Below are positions 46,301 to 57,500 of a stretch of 64,000 nucleotides of DNA, one piece after another. Each line of letters opens with the position of its first letter. Within the stretch, counting starts at the first letter, position 1. The notes under the pieces are model-generated. The model made no database searches. It saw nothing but the letters and a program-made list of their open reading frames with translations, and was not told the origin of the DNA. The position numbers and the translations under genes were made by a program. Origin of the DNA: Eukaryota sp. TZLM1-RC (lineage: Eukaryota > Protista > Metamonada: BaSk clade); contig JAUPSS010000007.1 in NCBI GenBank assembly GCA_040285825.1, forward strand, positions 520,501-584,500, read 5' to 3'.

Positions 46301-47709
46301 ATTTTCGACCCCCAACACGTGAAGAATTGTTTTTGGATCCTGAAACAGCTTTCAGAATCGAAATATTGGGACAGGACGATGTGGTTTCCGTAAATGACAG
46401 CTTATTTGATGAATTTGATGATGAATTTCAAGCTGGGTCTGATTATTTCAGCCCCCCACAAATGATTGATTCGGAAACTGATGATGATGTTAGGTCATAT
46501 ATGATGGATGATTTGATTGACGAAGACGAGCTTTTTGATGATTTAGATGCTTTTTCGGCTCCATCAAGAGCTTCTTCGGGTAATGTTTCGGGTTTTTCTT
46601 CACCAGAATATGTTTTGAGCTCTCCACATTCGGAGCCTGAAAATTTCAGCAGTGAGGATGAAAATTTGGAAAAGCGACCAACTCCACCGCTTGTAGAAAT
46701 TGTCAGTGAACATGATCCCGTTCAAATTTATGACCATTGGTCCTCTAGCTCAACTCCATTATCGAGTCTTCCAAGTTCACCAGAAAGTTCAATCAAATCT
46801 GCAATCAGCAACTGTATCACGTCAGCACAAACGTCACCAATCCCGTCACCAAAACCCCCTTCTCCTGGCTTATCTGAACCCAGTGTGGAGTTGCCGCCAT
46901 TAAGCCCGACACCAACACCAACGCCAACGCCAAGCCCGTCTCCAACGCCAAGCCCATCACCACCACCGACACCAATATTGAAAGCAAAGCCTGAAATATT
47001 TGAATATGTTTTGAAAGAAGATCGAGGATATTATTCTGAAAATTTAGTGGAAAAAGAGCTCAATACAGGTGTCAAGTACAGCTCTGCACCACCTTCTCCA
47101 AATATTTGTTATTGGGTTTCTGAATCTGTCGATGATTGGGATGAAAATTTCGAAATGGCACCTAATCCTTGGTGGTCGTCTCTTCCAGATCTTGATTATA
47201 CCTCTTCTGAATCAGAAGTGAGTCAAATTGATTACAGTGATTTTGACTATGATGACGTTACCTTTTCTGACCGCCCGTCACCATGCCAGTCATCTGGTAG
47301 TCTAGATTCCAGTGTTAGCTCATCTCCACCGATACCGCCTCCACTCCCTATGACACTGACAAGGTCAAATATTGCTCCGGTAGAGCTCACTTCGAGAACA
47401 AAAAAGAGAAGAATATTGGAGAGAGATGCGAAAATTTGGGAAAAACGAATGAATGATCTCGTTTCTAGATTTGATTGGTCTTCCAAGGTCAAAGAACCAG
47501 AATTGGGTAGAAAATCGTTGACTTTTGAGCCTCCAAAGTTTTTAGACTTTAATGTTTCAAAAGCAAATGTTAAACCCGTAACTGCTTTTGTGGATGACTT
47601 CCATGGACAAACCAGCAGTAGGTCAACTGTACTCTCAACAGTTGATTCCAATGATGATTATAGAATTGATCCTATAATTGATTTGATCAGATCGCATGCC
47701 AAGTATTGA
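43357..47709 (+). CDS. 1450-aa protein: two N-terminal C2H2 fingers, a beta-rich (WD40-like) region and a long acidic/Pro-Ser-rich disordered tail
   Basis: Uninterrupted 4.35-kb ORF. CIHAGC-x12-HLLLNH and CAYPTC-x12-HHLISH. LLLLGDDYGNLF is WD-like. A (PT/PS)n tract lies near 46905-46975. Confidence 0.75.
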   Translation: MLKCIHAGCTLSFSTTRALQLHLLLNHRLANLYQCAYPTCDSCFSTSEHLLYHHLISHPSDTSPLTSLTFSTPLPTFPPSPIISFPWIPLPVLFSPTTVISLVLLNRDIAVIATDDNCLHIVSLVKGCVHVSAVLSGTELSEEFSPSKLRTVVHIRSVGILFCFFESMLVLLLDEKSLEVVGNIDLANFDILTLVFDHLKLCNFSFNSVIGSSRCQSRDGSSRFMLTDGKVFLIGRGFYGGRNLNFELVDLFSNQITNQKRNDFIDLFCVTRDSMILIVYSKSVFFLNSSNFELLNFFDDFRYPLTCCCLTPDLLLLGDDYGNLFSICLINFTLKKELFILNECVKVISTVENFKNCFVVIIGDFLLLIGNFENEFHVYFHFNLNQLSYLIENITTITIDTCQSLSQSNSVVLLTINQKHLYLVTVSPIFEVFASLAQNCDNYELINSIKSFKRSLPLGSFNNPCKVCLFDISTKSVPQPSHESSLAFSLRKSRKVVSTPVRSTRPVASFSLSDIVKGEVQSNSQSGLLNGGQSPMIRSIKKDKSKSTSHFELDFSGLPFNTPQTPSFRPFSMKNAKKWYSKSVNGTSKPSKPIRKRKIFNVVHRTPRRDHGQFEAMSPRKFGAISPPRLDKLFDFEKFKGHQLVVFGSLIEPSVQVFNILNQNFPSFAMSPFDRINTPANSLFDPLSRLQSRHLSRHLSCDVESASSSVWHPDDEGFVSEDSVNGINKDHENFDENLEGKYFEPSNPVLVKRLDPTPSVSSSPGVTRVKKEGIKSKISTKSFQNPEFLSVLQGQSSNRSGNQSTNQIKDRSRQRAPHMVDKELRILKPSGVSRTAKFSLDSAMMSLSKAVEEEEEKSNLKVKKDSIFDGMSLTGPILSSSRSESWLPNFRENFDTTPLSARDVNRVENLQTVLSDYQNLVDTFWPPNEFESMDSQRPIFSRSSSFPFLYDPSPLPSTIASRMSTRPRSRSVDVIDRSIMDDFRPPTREELFLDPETAFRIEILGQDDVVSVNDSLFDEFDDEFQAGSDYFSPPQMIDSETDDDVRSYMMDDLIDEDELFDDLDAFSAPSRASSGNVSGFSSPEYVLSSPHSEPENFSSEDENLEKRPTPPLVEIVSEHDPVQIYDHWSSSSTPLSSLPSSPESSIKSAISNCITSAQTSPIPSPKPPSPGLSEPSVELPPLSPTPTPTPTPSPSPTPSPSPPPTPILKAKPEIFEYVLKEDRGYYSENLVEKELNTGVKYSSAPPSPNICYWVSESVDDWDENFEMAPNPWWSSLPDLDYTSSESEVSQIDYSDFDYDDVTFSDRPSPCQSSGSLDSSVSSSPPIPPPLPMTLTRSNIAPVELTSRTKKRRILERDAKIWEKRMNDLVSRFDWSSKVKEPELGRKSLTFEPPKFLDFNVSKANVKPVTAFVDDFHGQTSSRSTVLSTVDSNDDYRIDPIIDLIRSHAKY

Positions 47710-48701
47710 AGAAATCTATGTTGGCCGATCTCATTTTGGTATTCTCTGAGCTTTTCAGTTGAGAAGTGTCCAATTTCGTTGTTATTAATCAGATCAATGT
47801 CTTCAGTGGCTATATCAATATCTTGACTTCTTTTGACTTCTTTTTTTGATTATTGAGGTCTTCAATATTACAAGCAATTGGGTGAATTTTTCATCAATCT
47901 TTTATTTCTTTTCTTTTAATTGTATCTTCTGTTTTGCTATTTTATTTAAATATACTTTACAGATTTGACATTATCTTTGCAAATAAATTGATGTATTTTT
48001 TTGATTGTTTTCCCAAAACAACTTTCAACATGAATTATCATTTGACCACATTAAATCAATCATAAGGGCTACAATTTTCCTTCCAACCAATCGAAGCTAC
48101 ATAAATCTGTTTTTCCAATAAGAAGATAACAAGACAAGTAATGAAGAATCAACAAAAGAATCAGCTATAATTGTTGAACAACACTATTGAATTCTTACCG
48201 ACATTTGTACCATTTGTCGGACGATCTAGTTCTTAGTTAACTTATTGGTACAAACTCAAATGAGTACGATTTACCTTTACTTTCCATTAAGTTGACCTCG
48301 TTAAATCAGTAAAATGTTTCATATTGTTCCGTAAATCTCAGAAAATTGTTTCAAGTATTCTTACTACTGACCAAATGTTCTACTAGGGAAGTATTTTGTA
48401 TAGACCTTGCTTAGTTTGCTGATTGACAGAAGAAGTAAATAGGTATGTCATCTTTAATTATTCAGATAACACATGTTCTACAGATAGTCCTTTACCTATC
48501 ATTGTATGTGATTCATCAAGGCTGTGAACTTAGTTTGAGCACAAAATGTCCACAGCATCCTGAATAATCAAAATGCTTCAATGTGACCAATGAGTTTCGC
48601 TTCCACCATTTAAAATTGCACCAAAAAGCAATCCATTAAAAAAACCATTTACAAATCAATCTAAAATGTTATAAAAATAGCAATTTTTAAAGCAACAATT
48701 T

Positions 48702-50785
48702 TTAGGAACTCCCACAAAGCTTCAAGAGCCATTCTTTCCTCTTCGCCTCATCTGCCGTTGTACCAATGCCTTTACGATAGCAACGTGTCAATTCAATCAT
48801 TCCTTTGGTTTCCCCTTCTTCTGCTGCCATCTTATACATTTCAAGAGCTCTTTCATTGTTCTTTCTACATCCATGACCCTCTTCATAAGCACGACCCAGT
48901 TTAACAGTAGCTGATCTATTACCCATATCATGGGCTTGTTGAAACAACCTAAAACCTTCATTATAATCCCTTCCAACACCAGCACCAGTCATATAACTGA
49001 GGTTAGTTTATAGAGAACCAAGGAAAAAGATCATACCAAATGGCGGTTTCACAAATTCCCTTTGGTTTTCTAGCTTCTCCACTTTTTTTGTCTGCAATAA
49101 GCAAAATAAAAAGAGTATACACCAATAAAAACGTTGCTGATCATTCTTCTCTGTGCCTCTTCCTAACTCATAGTAAAGAGCCAGATTGTAATAAGCATCA
49201 GTAACTCCTTTTTCAGCAGCAGTTTTGAAGTAGTTAAACGCTGCTGGATAATCTTGATCGCAACCTTGGCCAGTGGCGGCCATGATGCCTAAAAAGTAAA
49301 AGGGTCGAGCGATTCCTGCATTGCTTGCGTTGATGAAACAAGTATAAGCAGCGGAATCGTCTTGATCACAGCCAATACCATGCTTGAGACAAATACCATT
49401 TTCCATCTCAGCATCTATATCACCCCTAGCAGCAGCCTCGTTATCTTTGGTTAGGAATAGCAGCAAAGAACATACACCAGTGAAAACTAAGGTTAGATAG
49501 GTTTAACTCTATAACATACCGCTGACGGTCGTCTTTTGGTACACCTCTCCCTTGTTCGTAACAAACCTAGAGTTAGAGTAAGGGTAAGGGACATACACCC
49601 AAGAGGTAGGCAGGGTGCGAAAGGCGTTCCTCATGATTTGCTGCTTTTAGAAACAGTTCAACAGCTTTCTTTTCGTCTTGACGAGTTCCTCGACCACGAG
49701 AATAGCATAAACCAGCTTGGTGATATCCTGCAGGACAACCATTCTCTCCTGCTTTGAGGTACCAATGCAGACTCTTTTCATGGGACTGTTGCACCCCATC
49801 GTCCCCTAATCGATAGCTTTGTCCAACGTTGAACATGGCCTTAGCGTTACCCAACTTTGCTTTTATTTTGTCTTGCTTAAAGCTTAAATTCCCTTCGTCA
49901 TCAGAGTCGTCGTCCACAGAGATGCACTCAAGAGAGGTCATGTCATTGAGTTCTTCCAGGACAGCTGAGCAAGAGGGACGCTTGTCAGGGTCCATTTGTA
50001 ACATTCCTTCATCTATTATGTTTTCAGGCAGTTCATTGTATCCGATACAAACAATACCTTTGTTTTCTATCATTTTTGTTAATAAATCAAAGTGTTTAGC
50101 CTTGGATAATATTTATAATAGTTTATTTATAGTTTATTAATAGTTATTGTATTATTGCGCCCATGCGCTTAAGTTAAGGGAAATCCTCATTCCCTTGTAA
50201 TAAATTACTCTACTTTTCATATAAGGTCATGTCCCGTTATAACACCCGCAGATCATCAAAGTTATCTTGGGTTATAGATTGCTTATCAGTAAAAAGGTGA
50301 CAAAAAAACAAACCCAATCCGTAAATATCAGCAGATTTTGTGGATTTGGTAGTGATTCCGGTGATGATCTCAGGTGCAACAAATGGGATTCTCAGTACAA
50401 GATTCTTCTCGACCATTGAATCACAATGCTTGTAATGGACAGGTGTGAGACAAGCAAATGCAATGTCCTTGATGGTTGTATCCCCTTAGATATTCTGAGC
50501 ATCAATGTAACCATGCACAACATTGTTTGAGTGAAGGGAGTGTAGAGATTTTGTCACTTTCTTTATAAGACTAAGCTTACCTTCCATAGAAAGAAGACAT
50601 AGGACATGTGGAAGATTAGGAGAAGTACCAAGAGACTGGAATAGGTTGAAATGGTCATTGGCGATAGCAACCAAGTCGGCGCCTTCGTCTCTTCTGTACT
50701 GAAACCAAAAAACGTCCCGTTCGTTGTAGGTTGCAGCAAGAATAACATAATCAGAACACCGATTGATCACTTGGGGATTAGACAA
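48702..50785 (-). CDS. Kinase-like domain (damaged) plus Sel1/TPR repeats, multi-intron
   Basis: The Sel1 frame is restored by introns 49567-49596, 49487-49519, 49445-49475, 49092-49120 and 48997-49036. Kinase remnants are LHSNNVVHG, FVAPE, ADIYGLG and DPDKRPS. There is an in-frame TAA at 50486-50488 and an AT-rich interruption near 50100-50180. Confidence 0.8.
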
Positions 50786-51950
50786 TTTTATAGGGTCGAT
50801 TGTCGGGTATTTGATCCAGAATGTTTAACATCGCTGTATTGACATTGAATGTAAAATGACCAACAGCTACGTGACAAGATGGACAACTATTGTGTTCTCT
50901 GCACCAGGATTCAATGCAAGCTTTACAACAACAATGCCATATGATCAGCGGTGGTTTCTCACTTCACATACCACAGGAAAGGATCACGGGAGATTTTACA
51001 AGTCCTATACAACATGGGCAGTAAAAGACCGAAATTGCATCAGCTGAGAGTTCAATCAATTCAGTTATATCACCTGTTATAGATCAAACTGTTAAAAACA
51101 AAGATGGGTGTACACTTCAACTGTACATTTCGAAGTATACAGTTGACAAACCTGACATATTCCAGACACTCAAAGTTACTAGAAAACCGAAAATAAATTA
51201 GATCGATCCCAACACATTTATTAGGAAGCAGTTGGGTATATTGAATTTGACAACAGTACAGAGGGTGATGCTTTCTGCTCCTATTTAATTCTGAGTTCTA
51301 TAGACGCATTCGTTCGTGAACGACTGTTAAACAATTGATTTCCACTTGGGACCTCTGAAATACCTCTGAATGCTTTGAACGAAAATTAAATTGTCCAAAT
51401 CCAAAATCGTAATTGAACCACAGTCAACCCCACCAGATTCAAGATTATAATGGAACGAATAACGTCATGAAAAAGACAAAGGAAGAAATAGAGATTTTAT
51501 CAACAGAATGAAAAAAAAACAAAAGATTCCAGACTTCAGGCCGAAATAAATAATTGTTTGAACGAATTTTTACTATTGGACTGTTCATAAAAAGTGCTCC
51601 TTCAATGTAGAGTGAAACATGTTTAATACATAGTGAACGTTGTGTTATTGCTATGAATACATTTTGCAAGTAGGTAAAAGTTTGTCAAAATGACTAGAAT
51701 CGAGTCAACTTTTCTCATTTGACAAGTCGAGGTCAAGTCAGATTGACTCATGGAAAATTTGAGAATACCAAATCAAATAATTGTAACAACACTTTAAATG
51801 AAAACATTTACAATTACATTATAAATAAATCAAAGTAAATAGTATCAAATAACATGACATTAGTGACCATTCATTCCCATGAACATCAAGAACAGTGTAC
51901 TTTGCTTCTCCCTTTTTTCTCTACTCAATAAAGAACAATAAAGAGACTAC

Positions 51951-53335
51951 TGTTGCCAAAGTGTATTGTAGTAAAGAAAAGTTGATTTATTTTCTAATCA
52001 TACTATATAAGCCTTAGGGCGCCAACACTGCTTCTTCCCTTTTTCAAAATCAATCAGCTTATATGAATATGAAACTAAAACTATGAACAAATAACTAAAT
52101 AACTATAACTAGTAAGAACTAAATACTGAATTCTACTGTTTTCTATTGTCTACAATTATCTTTGTAGTGATTGGGATCCGCACAAACACTGGTTTTACAT
52201 TTTTAAGATCGACAATTGATGTACTATGACTCTCTTACATCAATGTTAGTATAGTGTAGTAAGCAATAACTGAAAAGGCCTCGTTCCAAGATCTGTGTGT
52301 TTGAATACTTTGTTGTGTATGTTTTAATCGCTACATAAAGCGCTCTGCTTCTTCCCTTTTTCGTAAACGAGTAACGTGGTAGTGTCGTTTAGTAAAGGTA
52401 TCATGGAATCGAAGAATGGATTCGCTAATGATCATGCAGGGTCTATGTTGGATCAAAACAACAGTAAACGAAGTAACAAACTTCAGAAACCTGAAGGCGG
52501 CGTCTTTTGTTGTTAAAGTACTGGCTTTACGACTAAAAATATCAGAGGAGCAAAGACCGTATCTTTGCATTTTAGTACAATAACAGTGGAGGTGGAGTTT
52601 CTACTCGTAACCTCGTATTTGGTCGACTTTTCTCGTGTTTGGCTCCATAAGGAAGGGAGCTGCTCGAATGAATAAAAGTCCATTGATTCGAGGTAAGGCT
52701 CTGTGTCCTTGTTAGGAGGATCCATCACTGGAGTCATCTTCTCCTTCCATCTCATCAAATTGAGATTATGTGAATTTCTTTATATTCTCCTAATGCAGAA
52801 GACGTGTCTAAGGTGGGATTTCCATCCGTTCCCTTTGAGACAGGTTCTGCAATTGGGAGGGGAGAGGGAGCCGGGTCCGTTCTCGTTACCTCTTCCATTG
52901 CTTTGAGGGGAGAGGGAGCCGGGTCCGTTCTCGTTACCTCATCTGTTTCTTCTTTTCTTTTGAGGGGAGAGGGAACCGGGTCCGTTCTCGTTACCTCTTC
53001 CATTGCTGAAGATGGAGGGACCTCGTCCACTCTTTCATCTTTCACTTTTAGGGAGGGGGAGGTGGGATCCGGGTCCGTTGCCTCGTTACCCTCTTTATTA
53101 TGTATATGTGTCGCTGGTTCCTGCTGCATGTTAGTTCGGGGATTAGGGTCAGAGATATCTTGCTGAAAGATGTCTGACATGCTGTAAAGTGTCTGGGGAT
53201 GTTCACCAATGCTGAAGTTATGGTATACCTTTTGACTTTAAAATGGCCAATAATTATTGTTGCCTAAAGTCTATTGTAGTAAAGAAAAGTTGATTTATTT
53301 TCTAATCATACTATATAAGCCTTAGGGCGCCAACA
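51951..53335 (-). mobile_element. Non-autonomous miniature LTR retroelement (TRIM-like), 77/78-bp LTRs, 4-bp TSD CTAC
   Basis: Direct repeats 51951-52027 and 53258-53335 (TGTTG...CAACA) differ by 1 substitution and 1 indel. CTAC flanks both sides (51947-51950, 53336-53339). A polypurine tract GAAAAAGGGAAGAAG abuts the 3' LTR on the minus strand. Confidence 0.9.
52755..53180 (-). CDS. Internal ORF of the mini-LTR element with EVTRTDP(A/V)PSPL repeats (gag-like remnant?)
   Basis: Three close copies and one degenerate copy of a ~33-bp core (gggagagggagccgggtccgttctcgttacctc). The frame decays downstream. Confidence 0.45.
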   Translation of the reverse strand: MSDIFQQDISDPNPRTNMQQEPATHIHNKEGNEATDPDPTSPSLKVKDERVDEVPPSSAMEEVTRTDPVPSPLKRKEETDEVTRTDPAPSPLKAMEEVTRTDPAPSPLPIAEPVSKGTDGNPTLDTSSALGEYKEIHIISI

Positions 53336-54519
53336 CTACCGCCCAAGCAGAAAAGACCATGTGCTTATAACCTCAATGTGCACTCTTAAACAAGAATGCA
53401 TTCATATGTGTATGTAAACTTGATGTCTGATGGTTATGATATCTTTGAACCTGATACTGATGAAGAAGAAGTTGAGAAGTCTGTTGTTTATTGATAAATA
53501 GGCTAAAACAGCATAATGACACGGTTTTATGAAAACAAACCTCAAGTCCTTTTTCTCAAGTCAAGTCATTTCACAACACTGGTAAAAATACTAAATTCTG
53601 AGATCAACAAGTCTCCCTTCTTCACACAACCAATGATCAAATACGTATTCAAAGCCATCTTGTTTCTCTTCCAATACTTTGCTTTTACCAATTCTCTATT
53701 TTCTGGTTTATTACCACCTGCTTTAGTATCATTGATATACTAATCTCTGTTACATTACATCAGCACATGAGAAATGTTGCGGTTTTGATTCCAGATTTTA
53801 ATGTTTGTTACAAATACTCTTTCGAAGCAAAGAGCACACTTAGAACATTTTTCATTTTCTTTCAAATGATATGTTCCTTCCATAAAGGTAAACTACAGAA
53901 CTATTTATTTGCATTGTTATGTTGACATTTGTCGGCATAAGTTCCCTGAATTTGTCGTAATTGACAGTTTTTGAATTGTGGTCACTTAATCCTGAATTCC
54001 ATTTTTCTCATTCTCATATCCATTATTTTGTGGAATAGAATATTGTAACATTTCTGTGTGCGTTGTTTAGACGACACGAATAGCCACATGTTAGACTCAT
54101 GCTATTGTGGTTTTTCAGTACTTCACGTACTTAATCCCTGTCGATGGAAAATTATCATTTAATATAAAGATTTCTACAATACAAACAAAATCTGTTGAAA
54201 TTTGCTGAAAATATTGTCGAACTTGTAGAAAGTGTGTTTTGTGGTGTATTGATCCAGAGTCAAACATCTTGTGAATCACACCAAATGACCTGGATTTTTA
54301 AAAGAAGTGTCACTTTTGTACTTAACTATGTCAATTGTGAAAAGTTATAACCAATATTGTGGTTAAGAAGTCTGTTCCACTGTTGTTGTTTTTTTAGGAG
54401 AAATTTCGACTGAAATTAAGTTATTACTTTTCCTTGAGTCAGCAATACATCAATGAAAAACAATGCAATGCTTTGCAGCACTGTGTTGTTAGGATAAAGC
54501 ATTCAAACACAGATAGATA

Positions 54520-57500
54520 GAAACTGTTCAGCTTAGTACACACTGAAATGCAAGGTTTAATGAACATAGTAAATTGAGTCATTTCTTCTTTATGGTGTAT
54601 TTGTTTAAATGCAAATAATAATAAATAAAAGAACAATTGTTTTGGTTGTTTTACTCAATTTGGAAGTGTAGATAAGTTACTTTGTTCAGTTCTGCTGTTT
54701 TAGATTTGTTTGTTAGTCTGTGAATAAGTGCAAACTGAATCCGAAATCTCTAACCAACATTACACAAATTTTGGATCATCAATGTTTCAGTGGCTTTTGG
54801 TTGACTTCCAATTCCTGCCTTTGTGATAGTAACAATCAGCAACTTAAAACAATAAGTAATAATAACAATAATAACAACAACAATAATAATAATAGTAACA
54901 ATAATAATTTTGGTGGTGTTGATTTTCATAAATCAAGCTACCTTTGTAAAGCTGCCTTTATTGGAGGTGGAAAGAATTTTATTTATGAATTTGTAAATCG
55001 TTTTCCTGAAAAAATTCATCTCATTGAAAATTGTGGCAGCTCTTATCTTATTTCTTTGCAACAGGAAATTGAAACTCTTTCACCCAATATTTGGGCTTAA
55101 TGTTTCCCCTCTGATATTGTGGAACTTCCTTCAAGAAGCTTGCTCTCCTTACCACTGACTTTTGCAAAATTGCAGAAAATAATCTTGAAAGTTTTAGAAA
55201 ACTTGGATTTTAATGTACGTCTAAGCTTGGCTAAAGAAAAAAATCCCGCTTTTGCAAACTTTTTGATTGATCTTAAAGACAGTTGCTCACGTTGCCTAAT
55301 CTCCCAAATTCCCAACATTTATGGCCTTCTACTTAATGATCACCAATGGACCACTGCAATGAGAATGAGGTGTTTTCTATGGCCTTGTTCATTACCAAAT
55401 GATTTAATTTGTCGCTGCAAGAGTGTTGTTACGCTTTCCCATATTTTAAACTGTACGTATTTTATAACTTATCGCTCAATTGTTCATGACTCAGTTCGTG
55501 ATCAATTATATGCCATGTGCAAAAGTTTCAATATAAAGGCATTTATTGAGCCACTAGTACGTAAGCTGTCTTCAGATCAAACTGATGATTCCTTTGGTAA
55601 AAGAAGGGCAGATTTAGTAGCTCCAGGGATCGATGGTGTTCTCAATGTGGTAGATGTTGTCTCAGTTGATGTTTGCAAAAATTCTGCTGCTCGTTTAGTG
55701 TATTCCGCTGATTCGCCGTTATCTAACGCCGAAAGTTGCCGAAAAAAGAAGATAAAAAAATATGAAGAACCTTTGGCACAGTTAGGTAGAGTGGAACATG
55801 TGAAACTGTTCAGCTTAGTACACACTGAAATGCAAGGTTTAATGAACATAGTAAATTGAGTCATTTCTTCTTTATGGTGTATTTGTTTAAATGCAAATAA
55901 TAATAAATAAAAGAACAATTGTTTTGGTTGTTTTACTCAATTTGGAAGTGTAGATAAGTTACTTTGTTCAGTTCTGCTGTTTTAGATTTGTTTGTTAGTC
56001 TGTGAATAAGTGCAAACTGAATCCGAAATCTCTAACCAACATTACACAAATTCTGGATCATCAATGTTTCAGTGGCTTTTGGTTGACTTCCAATTCCTGC
56101 CTTTGTGATAGTAACAATCAGCAACTTAAAACAATAAGTAATAATAACAATAATAATAACAACAATAATAATAATAGTAACAATAATAATTTTGGTGGTG
56201 TTGATTTTCATAAATCAAGCTACCTTTGTAAAGCTGCCTTTATTGGAGGTGGAAAGAATTTTATTTATGAATTTGTAAATCGTTTTCCTGAAAAAATCAA
56301 TCTCATTGAAATTTGTGGCAGCTCTTATCTTATTTCTTTGCAACAGGAAATTGAAACTCTTTCACCCAATATTTGGGCTTAATGTTTCCCCTCTGATATT
56401 GTGGAACTTCCTTCAAGAAGCTTGCTGTCCTTACCACTGACTTTTGCAAAATTGCAGAAAATAATCTTGAAAGTTTTAGAAAACTTGGATTTTAATGTAC
56501 GTCTAAGCTTGGCTAAAGAAAAAAATCCCGCTTTTGCAAACTTTTTGATTGATCTTAAAGACAGTTGCTCACGTTGCCTAATCTCCCAAATTCCCAACAT
56601 TTATGGCCTTCTACTTAATGATCACCAATGGACCACTGCAATGAGAATGAGGTGTTTTCTATGGCCTTGTTCATTACCAAATGATTTAATTTGTCGCTGC
56701 AAGAGTGTTGTTACGCTTTCCCATATTTTAAACTGTACGTATTTTATAACTTATCGCTCAATTGTTCATGACTCAGTTCGTGATCAATTATATGCCATGT
56801 GCAAAAGTTTCAATATAAAGGCATTTATTGAGCCACTAGTACGTAAGCTGTCTTCAGATCAAACTGATGATTCCTTTGGTAAAAGAAGGGCAGATTTAGT
56901 AGCTCCAGGGATCGATGGTGTTCTCAATGTGGTAGATGTTGTCTCAGTTGATGTTTGCAAAAATTCTGCTGCTCGTTTAGTGTATTCCGCTGATTCGCCG
57001 TTATCTAACGCCGAAAGTTGCCGAAAAAAGAAGATAAAAAAATATGAAGAACCTTTGGCACAGTTAGGTAGAGTGGAACATGTGAAACTGTTCAGCTTAG
57101 TACACACTGAAATGCAAGGTTTAATGAACATAGTAAATTGAGTCATTTCTTCTTTATGGTGTATTTGTTTAAATGCAAATAATAATAAATAAAAGAACAA
57201 TTGTTTTGGTTGTTTTACTCAATTTGGAAGTGTAGATAAGTTACTTTGTTCAGTTCTGCTGTTTTAGATTTGTTTGTTAGTCTGTGAATAAGTGCAAACT
57301 GAATCCGAAATCTCTAACCAACATTACACAAATTCTGGATCATCAATGTTTCAGTGGCTTTTGGTTGACTTCCAATTCCTGCCTTTGTGATAGTAACAAT
57401 CAGCAACTTAAAACAATAAGTAATAATAACAATAATAATAACAACAATAATAATAATAGTAACAATAATAATTTTGGTGGTGTTGATTTTCATAAATCAA

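Noticed and set aside
51680-53581. hAT-like shell (gtcaag repeats, end cacaacactg) around the mini-LTR element
   Set aside because: Only one plausible terminus was found, with no TSD or diagnostic transposase motif.
54720-55100. Poly-Asn 126-aa ORF (three copies) as a real protein
   Set aside because: It starts at a non-ATG codon and is a chance read-through of flank, microsatellite and retroelement sequence.
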